Part shown: positions 44,005 to 54,441 of the stretch, piece by piece
Position numbering within the stretch: position 1 is the stretch's first letter
Layout: every line of letters starts with the position of its first letter
NCBI GenBank assembly: GCA_012960845.1
Contig: DUAN01000226.1
Location: forward strand, 1-58,017
From: Planctomycetota bacterium
GTDB taxonomy: Bacteria; Planctomycetota; UBA8108; UBA1146
Direction of reading: 5' to 3'
DNA: 58,017 nucleotides
Program-made: the position numbers and the translations under genes
The notes under the pieces: generated by a model
Seen by the model: only the letters and a program-made list of their open reading frames with translations
Told to the model about the DNA's origin: nothing
Databases searched by the model: none

Positions 44005-46500
44005 TTGATCAGAATCCAGCTGTTGATCTTCATCTCGTGGTGGTCCTGTTCATTGGCTTGTGCCCAGATCCAATCGCCGGAAGAGTGGCTCGAGCGTCCT
44101 CCCGGCACCGACTTTGAGCTGGCCGATTGGAACACCATCGGCGGCTGGTTCGACCACCTCGGCCAACAGCATCCGGCGGTTTCCACCTCCCAGGTAGGGA
44201 CCTCCACCGAGGGCAGACCCTTTCGTCTCTGCGTCATCTCGTCGCCAGAAAACCTGCAACGGCTCCCGTCGATCCAGGCGATGAGCCAGAGAATCGCAGA
44301 TCCACGGGGTCTTTCTCCACAGGCGGCGGAAGCGTTACTCGATCAGGCGGTCCCCATCGTCTTCGTCTCCTGCAACATGCATTCGACCGAGATCGCCGCT
44401 GCCGAGATGTCGATGACGCTGGCCTGGGAACTCGCCACCTCCGAAGCCCAACCGTGGGCCAGCGTCCGCGACAAGGTAGTGACCGTCATCATTCCCACCG
44501 TCAATCCAGACGGACTCGACCGGGTCGTCAACTGGTACCACAAGATCGTCGAAACTCCCTACGAGGGAGCATCGCTACCGGAACTTTACCAGTGGTACGC
44601 AGGACACGATAACAATCGTGACTGGTTCGCTCTGTCGCTGGAGGAGACCAAGATCGTCACCCGACTCCTTTACACCCAGTGGTTTCCGACCATCTACTGG
44701 GACGTTCACCAGCAGGGCTCACGGAGGGAGCGGATGTTCGTTCCCCCCTTCCGCGACCCACTCAATCCAAACCTGCACCCCATCACCATCGCCGGAATCG
44801 GAGCCCTCGGGTCGCGGGCGATGCTCGACCTGACCTCCTGGGGATTCAAGGGAATCTCCTCGGGAGTGACCTATGACATGTGGTGGAGCGGCGGCAATCG
44901 CAACGTGCCGGTGCGTCACAACATCATCGGATTGCTGTCGGAAGCGGCCTCCGCCAACCTCGCGAGTCCCATCTGGATCTCCCCCACGAGCCTCTCGGCA
45001 CCCAGTGGCATCGAGACCGGCTATGCCCCATCCAATCGCTTTCCGGCACCATGGCCCGGCGGCTGGTGGCGTGTCGGAGACATCCACCGCTACGAGATCG
45101 CCCTCGCCCGATCACTGCTGGGGAGCGTCGCACGGGAGCCGAGATCGTGGCTCCAGAACTCCCTCCGAGTGGCGCGTGATGTGATTCGCCGTGGTCGGGA
45201 CGAGGCCCCACGCGGCTGGTTGATCCCGCGCCAGCAGCGCGACCCCGATGCCCTGCTACGACTGCTGGAAATCCTTCAAGCCCAGGGGATCGAGGTGATG
45301 GAAGCCACCGATGAGTTTCAAGCGGATGGTCGCCCATACCCCAAGGGAACCCTGGTCCTGCACAGGGAGCAACCGTACGGTTCCTTCCTCAAGGATCTCT
45401 TCGAAGTACAGCGATATCCGGACGGACCGGCACCGTATGACGTCGCCGGCTGGACCCTTCCCCTGCTGTTCGGAATCCGCCGGGTCGAGGTGCTGGAGAA
45501 GATCACCGTGGAAGCGACAGCGGTGGAGGATCAGCAGGCGGTGGTGGCTCGCCACTCGGTGGCCGAGGCGGATCGACTGGTCCAGTTGATCGATAAGAAG
45601 TCCGATAAAAGGGTCGTAGTGCAGCAGATCTCGGCCACCGATACCTCTCGGATTCCGGAACTCTTCAAGGCCCGGGAAGCCGGCGCCAGAATCTACAGCC
45701 AGAGAGATGGATCGTGGGGAATCGAGCGGAAGGATCTCGAACCCTCCAGTTCGATGGATGAGTTCAAGGCGCGCGAACTGCCGGGTAGCCGCATCGGAGT
45801 CTATGCACCTTGGAGTGCCAGCATGGACGAGGGTTGGCTGCGCTGGGTACTCGACCATTACCAGGTACCGTTTCAGCGCGTCCGAAATGAGCAGATCCGA
45901 GCCGGTGCCCTGTCGGAGATCATCGACGTGCTGGTGATCGCCGACATCCGCCAGAGTACCATCGAGAAGGGACGGACATCCGGAAGTGTGTTCCCGGAAC
46001 TGGCCGGCGGCCTGTCGCCAGAGGGTGTCATCGCCATCGAGGAATTTGTTCGAGGTGGCGGACGACTGATCTGTACCGGGAAGTCATCCTCATTCGCCAT
46101 CAACCTGTTCGATCTTCCACTCGTCTCGGCTCAGCCGGAGGATTCAGCGGAGCAGTTCCAGTGTCCAGGGTCGATCGTGCGAACCGTTCCCGTCGGCGAT
46201 ACCCCCTGGACCGCCGGATTGCCCGACTCCACTGCCATCTTCTTCTCCCGCTCGCTGGCATGGCGAGATGAGGTCAGGGAGGACGAGGAGACATCGGTGA
46301 AACACTTGCTCCAGTTCCCCCACCAGCAGATCCTGCTGTCGGGATGGGCCAAGAACGAGAAGGTGCTGGCGGGTGCAACCGCCTGGGCGACCTCAAAGGT
46401 CGGCAAGGGTCGGGTCCACCTGTTCGGCTTTCGACCTCACTACCGATCGTGGAGCCACGGCACCTTTGGCCTGTTACTCCGGGCCATCCTGCTGCCCTGA
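44005..46500 (+). CDS. M14-family zinc carboxypeptidase-like protein with C-terminal GATase1-like domain
   Basis: TTG 44005 lies 6 nt after AGGAGGAG. Signal peptide MIRIQLLIFISWWSCSLACAQ. HXXE in SCNMHSTEIAAAE and NPDGLD are typical of M14. Confidence 0.75.
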   Translation: MIRIQLLIFISWWSCSLACAQIQSPEEWLERPPGTDFELADWNTIGGWFDHLGQQHPAVSTSQVGTSTEGRPFRLCVISSPENLQRLPSIQAMSQRIADPRGLSPQAAEALLDQAVPIVFVSCNMHSTEIAAAEMSMTLAWELATSEAQPWASVRDKVVTVIIPTVNPDGLDRVVNWYHKIVETPYEGASLPELYQWYAGHDNNRDWFALSLEETKIVTRLLYTQWFPTIYWDVHQQGSRRERMFVPPFRDPLNPNLHPITIAGIGALGSRAMLDLTSWGFKGISSGVTYDMWWSGGNRNVPVRHNIIGLLSEAASANLASPIWISPTSLSAPSGIETGYAPSNRFPAPWPGGWWRVGDIHRYEIALARSLLGSVAREPRSWLQNSLRVARDVIRRGRDEAPRGWLIPRQQRDPDALLRLLEILQAQGIEVMEATDEFQADGRPYPKGTLVLHREQPYGSFLKDLFEVQRYPDGPAPYDVAGWTLPLLFGIRRVEVLEKITVEATAVEDQQAVVARHSVAEADRLVQLIDKKSDKRVVVQQISATDTSRIPELFKAREAGARIYSQRDGSWGIERKDLEPSSSMDEFKARELPGSRIGVYAPWSASMDEGWLRWVLDHYQVPFQRVRNEQIRAGALSEIIDVLVIADIRQSTIEKGRTSGSVFPELAGGLSPEGVIAIEEFVRGGGRLICTGKSSSFAINLFDLPLVSAQPEDSAEQFQCPGSIVRTVPVGDTPWTAGLPDSTAIFFSRSLAWRDEVREDEETSVKHLLQFPHQQILLSGWAKNEKVLAGATAWATSKVGKGRVHLFGFRPHYRSWSHGTFGLLLRAILLP

Positions 46501-46517
46501 AATGGAGCCGATTCACC

Positions 46518-47819
46518 ATGAGTCCACCGGAAAAGTCAGGGGATCATCTGCGATTCCATGCCCTGGATGGACTTCGAGCGATGATGATGTTGCTGGGGCT
46601 GGTCCTCCATGCCGCCTGCAACTACCAGGATTCTCCGCCCACTGAAGCCTGGTCCTTCCGGGCTACAGAAACCAGTTCATTTTTTACCCTCCTGGTACTC
46701 TTCATCCATGCCTGGAGAATGCCCATATTCATGCTGCTTGCAGGGTTCTTCTCGGCACTGCTGGTCGATCGGCGAGGCCAGCACAGTTTCCTCGGCAATC
46801 GGATGTCTCGGCTGGCATTACCTCTGATCCTGTTCCTACCGGTGATCTTGCCTCTGACCACATCCGGATTCGCATTCTCCGTGAGCCAGATGCCGGTCGA
46901 GGGATTGGGAGGTTTCTTCCAGAAGAGTGGTGGCAGTTGGACCGACCTGTTCCCCCCCATCACGATTCACATGTGGTTCATCTACTACCTCGTCCTCTAC
47001 TGCTCCCTCGCCTACCTGTGGATTCACGGCTCGACCCTGCTGCTTCCGCAGAGGATTCGCGATCTTCCTCGCAGGTGCATCGAGATCCTCATGCGCTGGC
47101 CAGGTGGAACTCTCCTCCTGTCAATTCCACTGATCTGGACCCTCAAAGGAACCGCGGGGTTACTCTCCACCGGAATCGGATTCATCCCCGAGTCCAGCTC
47201 CTTCTTTAGTTACGGATTCCTCTACTTCTGTGGCTGGGCACTGTGGAATCAACGACAACTCCTCGAAGGACTGCGCAACTGGCCAGCCACGCTGCTATCG
47301 CTGGGATTGACGATAATCCTGTTCCTACCGTGGCTGGAGTTCTTCCTCCATGCGGTCGGGTTGCCAGCGGGAGCGCTGATCCAGTCCCTAGAAACACTCG
47401 CTGGAGTCGAACAGTTCGAACCATCAACGATCCAGTGGATCGGCGCTACTCTCTCCGCTCTGATGATGTGGAACGCCATCTGGGGCTTCACCGGGCTGTT
47501 ACTGTTGACCACCGATCGCAACATCCCGCTGATTCGATACATCGTCGATGGCTCTTATTGGGTCTACCTGGTTCATCTTCCCTTCTGCATCTGGATCCCG
47601 GGGCTGCTCTTTGATCTCGACCTGGGCGCTGCGGGGGCGTTGTGGAAGTTCTTCATCACGCTACTGGCAACCACTATCATCGGGTTCGTCAGTTACGAAT
47701 GGTGTGTCAGGAACAGTCCCATCGGAGAGATCCTCAACGGAAGAAGATGGCCTCGGGCACTGGGCAGGGCGCTCAGGAATCGTCCGCTTGTCGAAGTCGA
47801 GAATCACTCCAGCGGATGA
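46518..47819 (+). CDS. acyltransferase family 3 (OpgC/OafA-like) polytopic membrane protein
   Basis: LRFHALDGLRAMMMLLGLVLHAA N-terminal signature and about 10 predicted TM helices. ATG 46518 is 17 nt after the M14 stop. Confidence 0.75.
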   Translation: MSPPEKSGDHLRFHALDGLRAMMMLLGLVLHAACNYQDSPPTEAWSFRATETSSFFTLLVLFIHAWRMPIFMLLAGFFSALLVDRRGQHSFLGNRMSRLALPLILFLPVILPLTTSGFAFSVSQMPVEGLGGFFQKSGGSWTDLFPPITIHMWFIYYLVLYCSLAYLWIHGSTLLLPQRIRDLPRRCIEILMRWPGGTLLLSIPLIWTLKGTAGLLSTGIGFIPESSSFFSYGFLYFCGWALWNQRQLLEGLRNWPATLLSLGLTIILFLPWLEFFLHAVGLPAGALIQSLETLAGVEQFEPSTIQWIGATLSALMMWNAIWGFTGLLLLTTDRNIPLIRYIVDGSYWVYLVHLPFCIWIPGLLFDLDLGAAGALWKFFITLLATTIIGFVSYEWCVRNSPIGEILNGRRWPRALGRALRNRPLVEVENHSSG

Positions 47820-47902
47820 CCCCGATTCTGTCATCAGGTGGTAAAATGCACTCTCAGTGTCATCGATCCGCTCCAATTCTGGACCATCCCCTTCGGAGGC
47901 TT

Positions 47903-48797
47903 CATGCTTGCCATGATCTGTTCCTGCATGTTGGCTCTCTGTGCTGGTGATGAACCGGCGATTGCGCCGCTGATTCCACAATGGGAGCAACAACGAGGAG
48001 TTCCACCGATCCGCTGGGCTGGAAGTCGGCTCGATGAGGCGCGCCAGGAGGCACAAGATCGAAAGGTACCCATCCTTCTCTGGGTCATACGCGATGGCGA
48101 CCCCGCTTCGCAATCTTGGGTCGACCAGAGACTGATCGATCCAGATTTCATCTCGACCCTCGAGAGAGAATCTGTGCCCGCCATCGTCTGTCTGGCAGCG
48201 ATCGATGGACCACGTCATTCACCAGAACGAGTTCGAGATGACGAAAAGAGTCCACCCCGAACTCGCTGCCCTATCCTGCGATCTTGCGGCTGCCAGGGGC
48301 ACCTCGGTAGTGAGCCACTGTTGAAGGACATCGAGTTGCCCCATTTGTTTCCCGCGGCATTCCTGATTTCCTCTTCTGGAATAGTCACTGCAGTCCCTCA
48401 GGAGATCCCCTTCCAGGGAACCGATGGATTAATTCTGTACCTCTATGGCCAACAACAAGGAAAACGATCGACACGATTGAATCTGGAGTTTCTGAAGATC
48501 AGGCTCGAACGCGCGCGAACCTGTTTCGAGTCGAGGGAGATCAAATTGGGTCGGCTGGAACTGGTGCACATCGAAAGCCAGCTCGATCAGTTCGGCCCAC
48601 AGATCCGATCCGATTGGGAAAAGGCGTGCCAGCCATATCTGGCTTACGGCAAGCAGATGTTGCGACAGGCAAAAAGGATCGGCAGGACGGATGCCAACCG
48701 ACGGTTGCTGATGCTCAAGAGGTTGGTACAAGAACTGGAAGGGTTACCCCCTGCCACCACGGCTCAGCGCTACATCGACCAGGCTCTCCCCAACTAG
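47903..48797 (+). CDS. exported (possibly lipoprotein) thioredoxin-fold protein lacking CXXC, with helical C-terminal domain
   Basis: MLAMICSCMLALCAGDE signal/lipobox-like N-terminus. W..SRLDEARQEAQDRKVPILLWVIRDGDPASQSW matches the Thioredoxin_7/DUF255-like layout but has no redox cysteines. Alternative start GTG 47838. Confidence 0.5.
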
Positions 48798-49198
48798 AAC
48801 ATTCCCAGCTGCAGACGAGCCCCCTCGGTCATCCGATCCTTGGTCCAGGGAGGATCCCAGACCACGCCCACCTTGCATTGCTCGACCGACTCGATCGCAG
48901 CAATCTTTCCTTCCACTTCACCCGGAAGGGTACCTGCAACCGGGCAAGCCGGAGAGGTCAAGGTCATGTCCACATCGACGATCTGATCCTCGATATCGAT
49001 GCGGTAGATCAGTCCCAGCTCGTAGATGTTGACGGGGATTTCCGGATCGAAGCAGGATTCGATCGCTTTCACGACCTGATCTTCCAGAGTTCCCTCTTCA
49101 CCCTGTAAACCGGCAACACGTGGCTCGCTGTGGGCTGCTTCGTTGCTCTGCGGATCCCGCTCGGCTGCGGCGTCACGGTTTCCTTGTGAATCCATCAT
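48794..49198 (-). CDS. sufT: Fe-S cluster assembly protein SufT (DUF59/PaaD-like)
   Basis: VVKAIESCFDPEIPVNIYELGLIY...TLTSPACPVAG...VVWDPPW. ATG 49198 overlaps the sufU stop (ATGA). Confidence 0.8.
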   Translation of the reverse strand: MMDSQGNRDAAAERDPQSNEAAHSEPRVAGLQGEEGTLEDQVVKAIESCFDPEIPVNIYELGLIYRIDIEDQIVDVDMTLTSPACPVAGTLPGEVEGKIAAIESVEQCKVGVVWDPPWTKDRMTEGARLQLGMF

Positions 49199-49647
49199 TC
49201 TGTACTGACCTCTTCCTCGACCCCGCTCAGCGCCTGGATCAATGTATGCCATGCCAGGGTTGCACATTTGACCCGGGCGGGGTATTGCCGGACTCCACTA
49301 AAAACTGCCAACTTTCCCAGACCTTCACCGGCAGGAACATCTCCCTGCCCCGCAACCATCTGGCGAAAACTGGCAAAAATCTCCCGCACCGCTTCTTCGC
49401 TGCGTCCCTTCAGAACACCGGTGAGGATCGAAGCCGAAGCAGTGGAAATGGCACAGCCCGAACCTTCAAAGCAAATATCTTCCAACACCCCATCTGTAGT
49501 TCGAAGGATATGCATCTCCACATCATCTCCACACAAGGGGTTATGCCCCTTGGCCGACAGGTTGTGCTTTTCCTTCGGACCAAAGTTCCTCGGAGACCTG
49601 GAATGGTCGAGAATCATCTCCTGATAAAGTTCACGAATGTCATTCAA
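49195..49647 (-). CDS. sufU: SUF-type Fe-S scaffold/sulfurtransferase SufU
   Basis: NPLCGDDV, GSGCAISTASAS and ARVKCATLAW match Bacillus-type SufU ligands and the insertion between Cys2 and Cys3. TTG start overlaps the sufS stop (TTGA). Confidence 0.88.
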   Translation of the reverse strand: MNDIRELYQEMILDHSRSPRNFGPKEKHNLSAKGHNPLCGDDVEMHILRTTDGVLEDICFEGSGCAISTASASILTGVLKGRSEEAVREIFASFRQMVAGQGDVPAGEGLGKLAVFSGVRQYPARVKCATLAWHTLIQALSGVEEEVSTE

Positions 49648-50900
49648 TTGAAGACCTCCTGGACGCTTTCGATGGCTGCCACCAGTGCGTCGATGTCATC
49701 CAATGTGTTGTAGATGGCAAAGGAGGCGCGAATCGTTGCAGCGACTCCGAATCTACTCATCAGGGGCATGGCACAATGGTGGCCCGCTCGAATAGCGACT
49801 CCCTGCTGATCCATGATGGTTCCCGCATCGTGAGGGTGAATCCGATCCAGAACGAACGAAACCACCGAGATCCGATTTTCCGGTCGCCCGATGATGGTCA
49901 ATCCATCCAACTGATCGAGCCTGGTGACGGTCTTCTCCAGTAGTTGCTGCTCATGGGGCTGGATCGTCTCGAAGCCGACCTCCTGGATGAAATCTACCGC
50001 AGCACCGAGCCCGATGACTCCGGCAATATGTGGAGTTCCTGCCTCGAACTTCCATGGAACATCGGCAAAGGTCGAGTTCTCGAAGGTCACGGTACGGATC
50101 ATGTCCCCGCCCCCTTGCCAGGGACTCATCTGATCGAGCAGTTCCTTTCTCCCCCACAGAACGCCGGTCCCGGTCGGTCCGTACATCTTGTGTGCACTGA
50201 AGGCGAGAAAATCACAACCGAGTTGCTCCACATCGATCGGCAGGTGGGAAATCGCCTGAGCGGAATCGATCATGGTGATCGCACCCTTCTCACGAGCGAC
50301 CGCTATCACATTCTGGATGTCATGCATCGTTCCGACGGCATTGGACACGTGCCCGATCGAGACCACCTTGGTTCGATCAGTGATCAAGGACTGCAAATCA
50401 TCGAGAATCAAATCTCCATCATCGGTGCATGGGATGATCACCAGCTTTGCGCCCTGCTCTTCGCACAGCATCTGCCAGGGGACGATGTTGGCATGGTGCT
50501 CCATCGTACTGATCAGCACCTGATCTCCGCTACTCACTCGATCTCTACCGATGGTCCGAGCGACCAGGTTGATCGCTTCCGTGGTTCCGCTGGTGAAGAT
50601 CACACCGTGGGGATCGGGTGCATGGATGAATTGTGCGACCTTGGCTCGAACCGCCTCATAGCGAATCGTCGCCCTCTCGCTGAGGGTATGGACACCGCGG
50701 TGCACATTGGAACAGTCCTCCTGGTAGAAGGACTCCACCGCTTGCAGCACCTGGGTCGGCTTCTGAGTCGTGGCAGCACTGTCGAGATAGACCAGCGGAT
50801 TCCCATGGATCTCCTGCTGCAGACAGGGGAATCTTCTCCGGATCGGATCCAAGTGAGAGAAGGATGGACAGGACTCGTTGGTCTGAGGAGTTCGATTCAT
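49644..50900 (-). CDS. sufS: cysteine desulfurase SufS (class II aminotransferase V)
   Basis: YLDSAATTQKP...HANIVPW...FSAHKMYGPTG...RAGHHCA. The ATG overlaps the sufD stop (ATGA). Confidence 0.92.
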   Translation of the reverse strand: MNRTPQTNESCPSFSHLDPIRRRFPCLQQEIHGNPLVYLDSAATTQKPTQVLQAVESFYQEDCSNVHRGVHTLSERATIRYEAVRAKVAQFIHAPDPHGVIFTSGTTEAINLVARTIGRDRVSSGDQVLISTMEHHANIVPWQMLCEEQGAKLVIIPCTDDGDLILDDLQSLITDRTKVVSIGHVSNAVGTMHDIQNVIAVAREKGAITMIDSAQAISHLPIDVEQLGCDFLAFSAHKMYGPTGTGVLWGRKELLDQMSPWQGGGDMIRTVTFENSTFADVPWKFEAGTPHIAGVIGLGAAVDFIQEVGFETIQPHEQQLLEKTVTRLDQLDGLTIIGRPENRISVVSFVLDRIHPHDAGTIMDQQGVAIRAGHHCAMPLMSRFGVAATIRASFAIYNTLDDIDALVAAIESVQEVFN

Positions 50901-52198
50901 TCGTGGTCAGTTCCTTGAGGATCGATCGACTGCTGGATCTCATCTGCGATAAAATCACTCAACTGTCGATCTTCCAGCCCGTGAAACACTACCGATGTAA
51001 ATGCTCGAACCAAGATCTTCCGGGCCTCATCGGGCGAGACTCCCCTCGATCGAAGGTAGAAGATGGCATCCTCGTCCAGTGCACCGATGGTTGCCCCATG
51101 GGTGCACTTCACGTCGTCGGCATAGATTTCTAACCGAGGCCGGGTATCCGCTTCTGCTCCTTCTGACAACAAGATGGTGTCATTCGATTGCTTTGCGTCG
51201 GTGCGCTGAGCATCCGGATGGACATGAATCATGCCGCTGAAAACACCGCGCGCCTGATCACTCAGGACCCCACGATAAATCTCTTTACTGGTGCAATCTT
51301 CTACCTTGTGATCGATGGTGGTGTGGTGGTCGAGGTGATTCTTGCCACGTCCTGCATACGCTCCCAGCAGGTCGCAGTGGCAACCGGTTCCCTCGTGACT
51401 CACATGCAGTTCATTTCGAATCAGTTCTCCGCCTGAGGAACAGAACAGATCCTCAAAGCGTGAGTCCTGTTGCTGAACCACTCGGGTTCCATGATAGATC
51501 GAAGCGCACTCCGGACGAAAAGCGCGAACCCGTTTCAAGATGGACCGTGGATCGAGACCGACCCCCCAGCGTAGATTGCCAAGAACTTCCCCTACCGATC
51601 GGATCTCCTCGACCAGTTGCAATTGAGCCCCAGCGGCAAGTTGGATCAAGCCGGTCACATGTGCCGATCCCGCTCGAGCCTGTCCATCGAGGACATGCAG
51701 GATGTGAATCGGTGCATCGATCTTGGCTCCTTCTTCCACCACTTCGATGTGCACTCCGTCATCCAGCAAGGCATCGGAGAGATCGTGAAAAGGATGCGAG
51801 TCCTGAGTCCAGTACAGATCGAGCAGAGACGCCAGTTGGTCCGGATCGGAGTGTCTCAGCTGGGCGAGAGATTGAACTCGGATCGCGGAAGGCAATCGAC
51901 TCAGATCTGAAAGATCAGCCCGGAACTCACCATTGACGATCACCACCTTGGCCAGCATGTCGCCCGGAAGATCGGGGCAGAACGGAATCTCCTGAGAACT
52001 CTCCAGCAGTGGTGCACAGGGTCCAGCGGCGAGGCGCGAAAGGGGCGTGTATCGCCACTCCTCGTGCTTGCGCCCGGGGAATCGATGCTGCTCGAACTGT
52101 TCCAGCGCTCGCTGCCGTCGCCTCTTCAGTTCAGTGCCCTGATCATCGAAGGTCAGGCTGCTAGTTTGTACCTGTTTACTCCAGGTTTCCGCCACCAC
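50897..52198 (-). CDS. sufD: Fe-S cluster assembly protein SufD
   Basis: 433 aa. C-terminal beta-helix region (RPRLEIYADDVKCTHGATIG.LDEDAIFYLRSRG) typical of SufB/SufD. GTG start lies just after GGAGGTG. Confidence 0.85.
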   Translation of the reverse strand: MVAETWSKQVQTSSLTFDDQGTELKRRRQRALEQFEQHRFPGRKHEEWRYTPLSRLAAGPCAPLLESSQEIPFCPDLPGDMLAKVVIVNGEFRADLSDLSRLPSAIRVQSLAQLRHSDPDQLASLLDLYWTQDSHPFHDLSDALLDDGVHIEVVEEGAKIDAPIHILHVLDGQARAGSAHVTGLIQLAAGAQLQLVEEIRSVGEVLGNLRWGVGLDPRSILKRVRAFRPECASIYHGTRVVQQQDSRFEDLFCSSGGELIRNELHVSHEGTGCHCDLLGAYAGRGKNHLDHHTTIDHKVEDCTSKEIYRGVLSDQARGVFSGMIHVHPDAQRTDAKQSNDTILLSEGAEADTRPRLEIYADDVKCTHGATIGALDEDAIFYLRSRGVSPDEARKILVRAFTSVVFHGLEDRQLSDFIADEIQQSIDPQGTDHE

Positions 52199-52206
52199 GT
52201 CACCTC

Positions 52207-52974
52207 CTAGGCGTTGTTCCCGGCCCTGGCGTCATCCGCCTGGAGCCATGAGTAGCCTTCTTTTTCCAATTCCAGTGCCAACGACTTGTCTCCTGATCGA
52301 ACGATCTTCCCTTCAGAAAGAACATGAACCTGGTCGGGAACGATGTAATCGAGGAGGCGCTGGTAATGAGTGACGACGATGATCGCCCTCTCTTGCTTGC
52401 GCAGTTTGTTGACCCCTTCAGCAACGATACGAAGGGCATCGATATCCAACCCGGAGTCCGTCTCATCGAGGATCGCAAGAGTCGGATCGAGAACCGCCAT
52501 CTGAAGGATTTCGTTTCTCTTCTTTTCACCACCACTGAATCCGTCATTGACGGATCGATGGAGCAACTTCTCATCCATCCCGACGAGATCCATCCTGGAT
52601 CTCACCAGTTCGAGGAAGTCCACCGCGTCGATCTCCGATTCTTCACGGTATCGACGAATCGCGTTCAAAGCAGATCGTAAGAAGTAAGCATTTGAAATCC
52701 CTGGAATCGAGACTGGATACTGAAATGCCAGAAAGATACCCTCACAGGCACGCTCTTCCGCAGAGAGTTCCAGCAAGTCGATCCCGTTGTACTGAACAGT
52801 TCCCGCATCCACCAAATATTCTTCTCGACCAGCGAGCACGTTTGCGAGCGTGCTCTTGCCTGATCCGTTCGGTCCCATGATGGCGTGCACTTCCCCCGCC
52901 TTCACTTCGAGGTCGATTCCCCTGAGGATCTCGGTCCCCTCGACGGAGGCGCAAAGGCCATGTATCTCGAGCAT
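52207..52974 (-). CDS. sufC: Fe-S cluster assembly ATPase SufC
   Basis: MLEIHGL...GPNGSGKSTL...LSGGEKKR...LDE.DSGLD. ATG 52974 has GAAGGAAA 6 nt upstream. The in-frame ATG 52998, directly after the sufB stop, is an alternative. Confidence 0.9.
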   Translation of the reverse strand: MLEIHGLCASVEGTEILRGIDLEVKAGEVHAIMGPNGSGKSTLANVLAGREEYLVDAGTVQYNGIDLLELSAEERACEGIFLAFQYPVSIPGISNAYFLRSALNAIRRYREESEIDAVDFLELVRSRMDLVGMDEKLLHRSVNDGFSGGEKKRNEILQMAVLDPTLAILDETDSGLDIDALRIVAEGVNKLRKQERAIIVVTHYQRLLDYIVPDQVHVLSEGKIVRSGDKSLALELEKEGYSWLQADDARAGNNA

Positions 52975-52998
52975 GCTGTTTTCCTTCTTCCCTGACAT

Positions 52999-54441
52999 CT
53001 AACCGACACTCCCCTCGAGGCTCACCGCGAGTAATTTCTGTGCTTCCACTGCGAACTCCATCGGTAGTTCACTGAATACTTCCTTGCAGAATCCATTGAC
53101 GATCATCGAGACCGCGTCCTCGGTCGATATTCCTCTTTGGTTGCAGTAAAAGATCTGATCTTCGCCAATTTTCGATGTTGTCGCTTCATGCTCCACCTTG
53201 GCGGTCGGATTTCGAACCTCGATGTAAGGGAAGGTATGTGCTCCGCAGCGATCCCCTAGCAACATCGAGTCGCATTGAGAAAAGTTCCTCGCGTCAGTGG
53301 CGCCCTTCTTCACATCGACCAGACCACGGTATGTGTTCTGTCCACGACCCGCGCTGATACCCTTCGAGATGATGGTGCTACTGGTCGACTTGCCGATGTG
53401 AATCATCTTGGTCCCGGTATCGGCTTGCTGCATGTTGTTGGTGAGGGCTACAGAGTAGAACTCTCCCACCGATTCATCTCCCAGCAATACACAGGATGGG
53501 TACTTCCAGGTCACCGCCGATCCTGTTTCGACCTGGGTCCACGAGATCTTCGAACGTTTCCCCTTGCACAGCCCTCGCTTGGTCACGAAGTTGTAGATTC
53601 CGCCCACCCCATCCGCATCTCCGGGGTACCAGTTCTGCACCGTCGAGTACTTGATGGTCGCACCCTCGAGTGCAACCAGTTCCACCACTGCGGCGTGGAG
53701 CTGGTTCTCATCTCGCATCGGAGCAGTACAACCCTCGAGGTAGGAGACGGTGGACTGATCGTCTGCAATGATCAGGGTTCTCTCGAACTGCCCCGTTCCT
53801 GCAGCATTGATCCGGAAATAGGTGGAAAGTTCCATCGGACAGCGGACCCCGGCGGGGATGTAACAGAAGGACCCATCGGAAAAGACCGCAGCATTGAGCG
53901 CCGCGAAGAAGTTATCGGTGTACGGCACCACTGATCCCAGATACTGGCGGATCAGATCGGGATGCTCCTTCACAGCTTCCGAGAAGGAACCGAAGATGAT
54001 GCCCAGTTCTGCGAGTTTGTCGCTGAAGGTCGTGGCGACCGAGACGCTATCGAATACAGCATCTACTGCGACTCCGCTCAGCCTCTTCTGCTCATCGAGT
54101 GAGATTCCGAGCTTTTCAAAGGTCTCGAGCAGTTCAGGATCGACTTCATCGAGGCTATCGAGAGTCTTCTTCGGCTTGGGAGCACTGTAGTAGATGATCT
54201 TCTGGTAATCGATGGTGTTTCGTTCGACCTTGGGCCAAGAGGGTTCCTCCATCGTCAGCCAATGGCGGAATGCCTTGAGTCGATATTCCAGCAACCAGTC
54301 CGGTTCACCCTTGCGTTTCGAGATCTGATGAATCGTCGACTCGTCGAGGCCGGGTGGAAGGGAATCCGATTCCACATCGGTCACGAAGCCAAACTCGTAT
54401 TCACGATCAGCGAACTCTCTCAGTTCATCGGCTTCAGTCAT
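52999..54441 (-). CDS. sufB: Fe-S cluster assembly protein SufB
   Basis: 480 aa. [39 protein letters not shown] lies 5 nt upstream of the ATG. The start overlaps the rrf2 3' end by 8 nt. Confidence 0.93.
   Translation of the reverse strand: MTEADELREFADREYEFGFVTDVESDSLPPGLDESTIHQISKRKGEPDWLLEYRLKAFRHWLTMEEPSWPKVERNTIDYQKIIYYSAPKPKKTLDSLDEVDPELLETFEKLGISLDEQKRLSGVAVDAVFDSVSVATTFSDKLAELGIIFGSFSEAVKEHPDLIRQYLGSVVPYTDNFFAALNAAVFSDGSFCYIPAGVRCPMELSTYFRINAAGTGQFERTLIIADDQSTVSYLEGCTAPMRDENQLHAAVVELVALEGATIKYSTVQNWYPGDADGVGGIYNFVTKRGLCKGKRSKISWTQVETGSAVTWKYPSCVLLGDESVGEFYSVALTNNMQQADTGTKMIHIGKSTSSTIISKGISAGRGQNTYRGLVDVKKGATDARNFSQCDSMLLGDRCGAHTFPYIEVRNPTAKVEHEATTSKIGEDQIFYCNQRGISTEDAVSMIVNGFCKEVFSELPMEFAVEAQKLLAVSLEGSVG

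Noticed and set aside
47661-48218. A 185-aa minus-strand ORF competing with the thioredoxin-fold gene.
   Set aside because: It overlaps the 3' end of the acyltransferase gene and has no signal sequence or domain signature. The plus-strand frame shows a coherent signal peptide and a thioredoxin-like layout.
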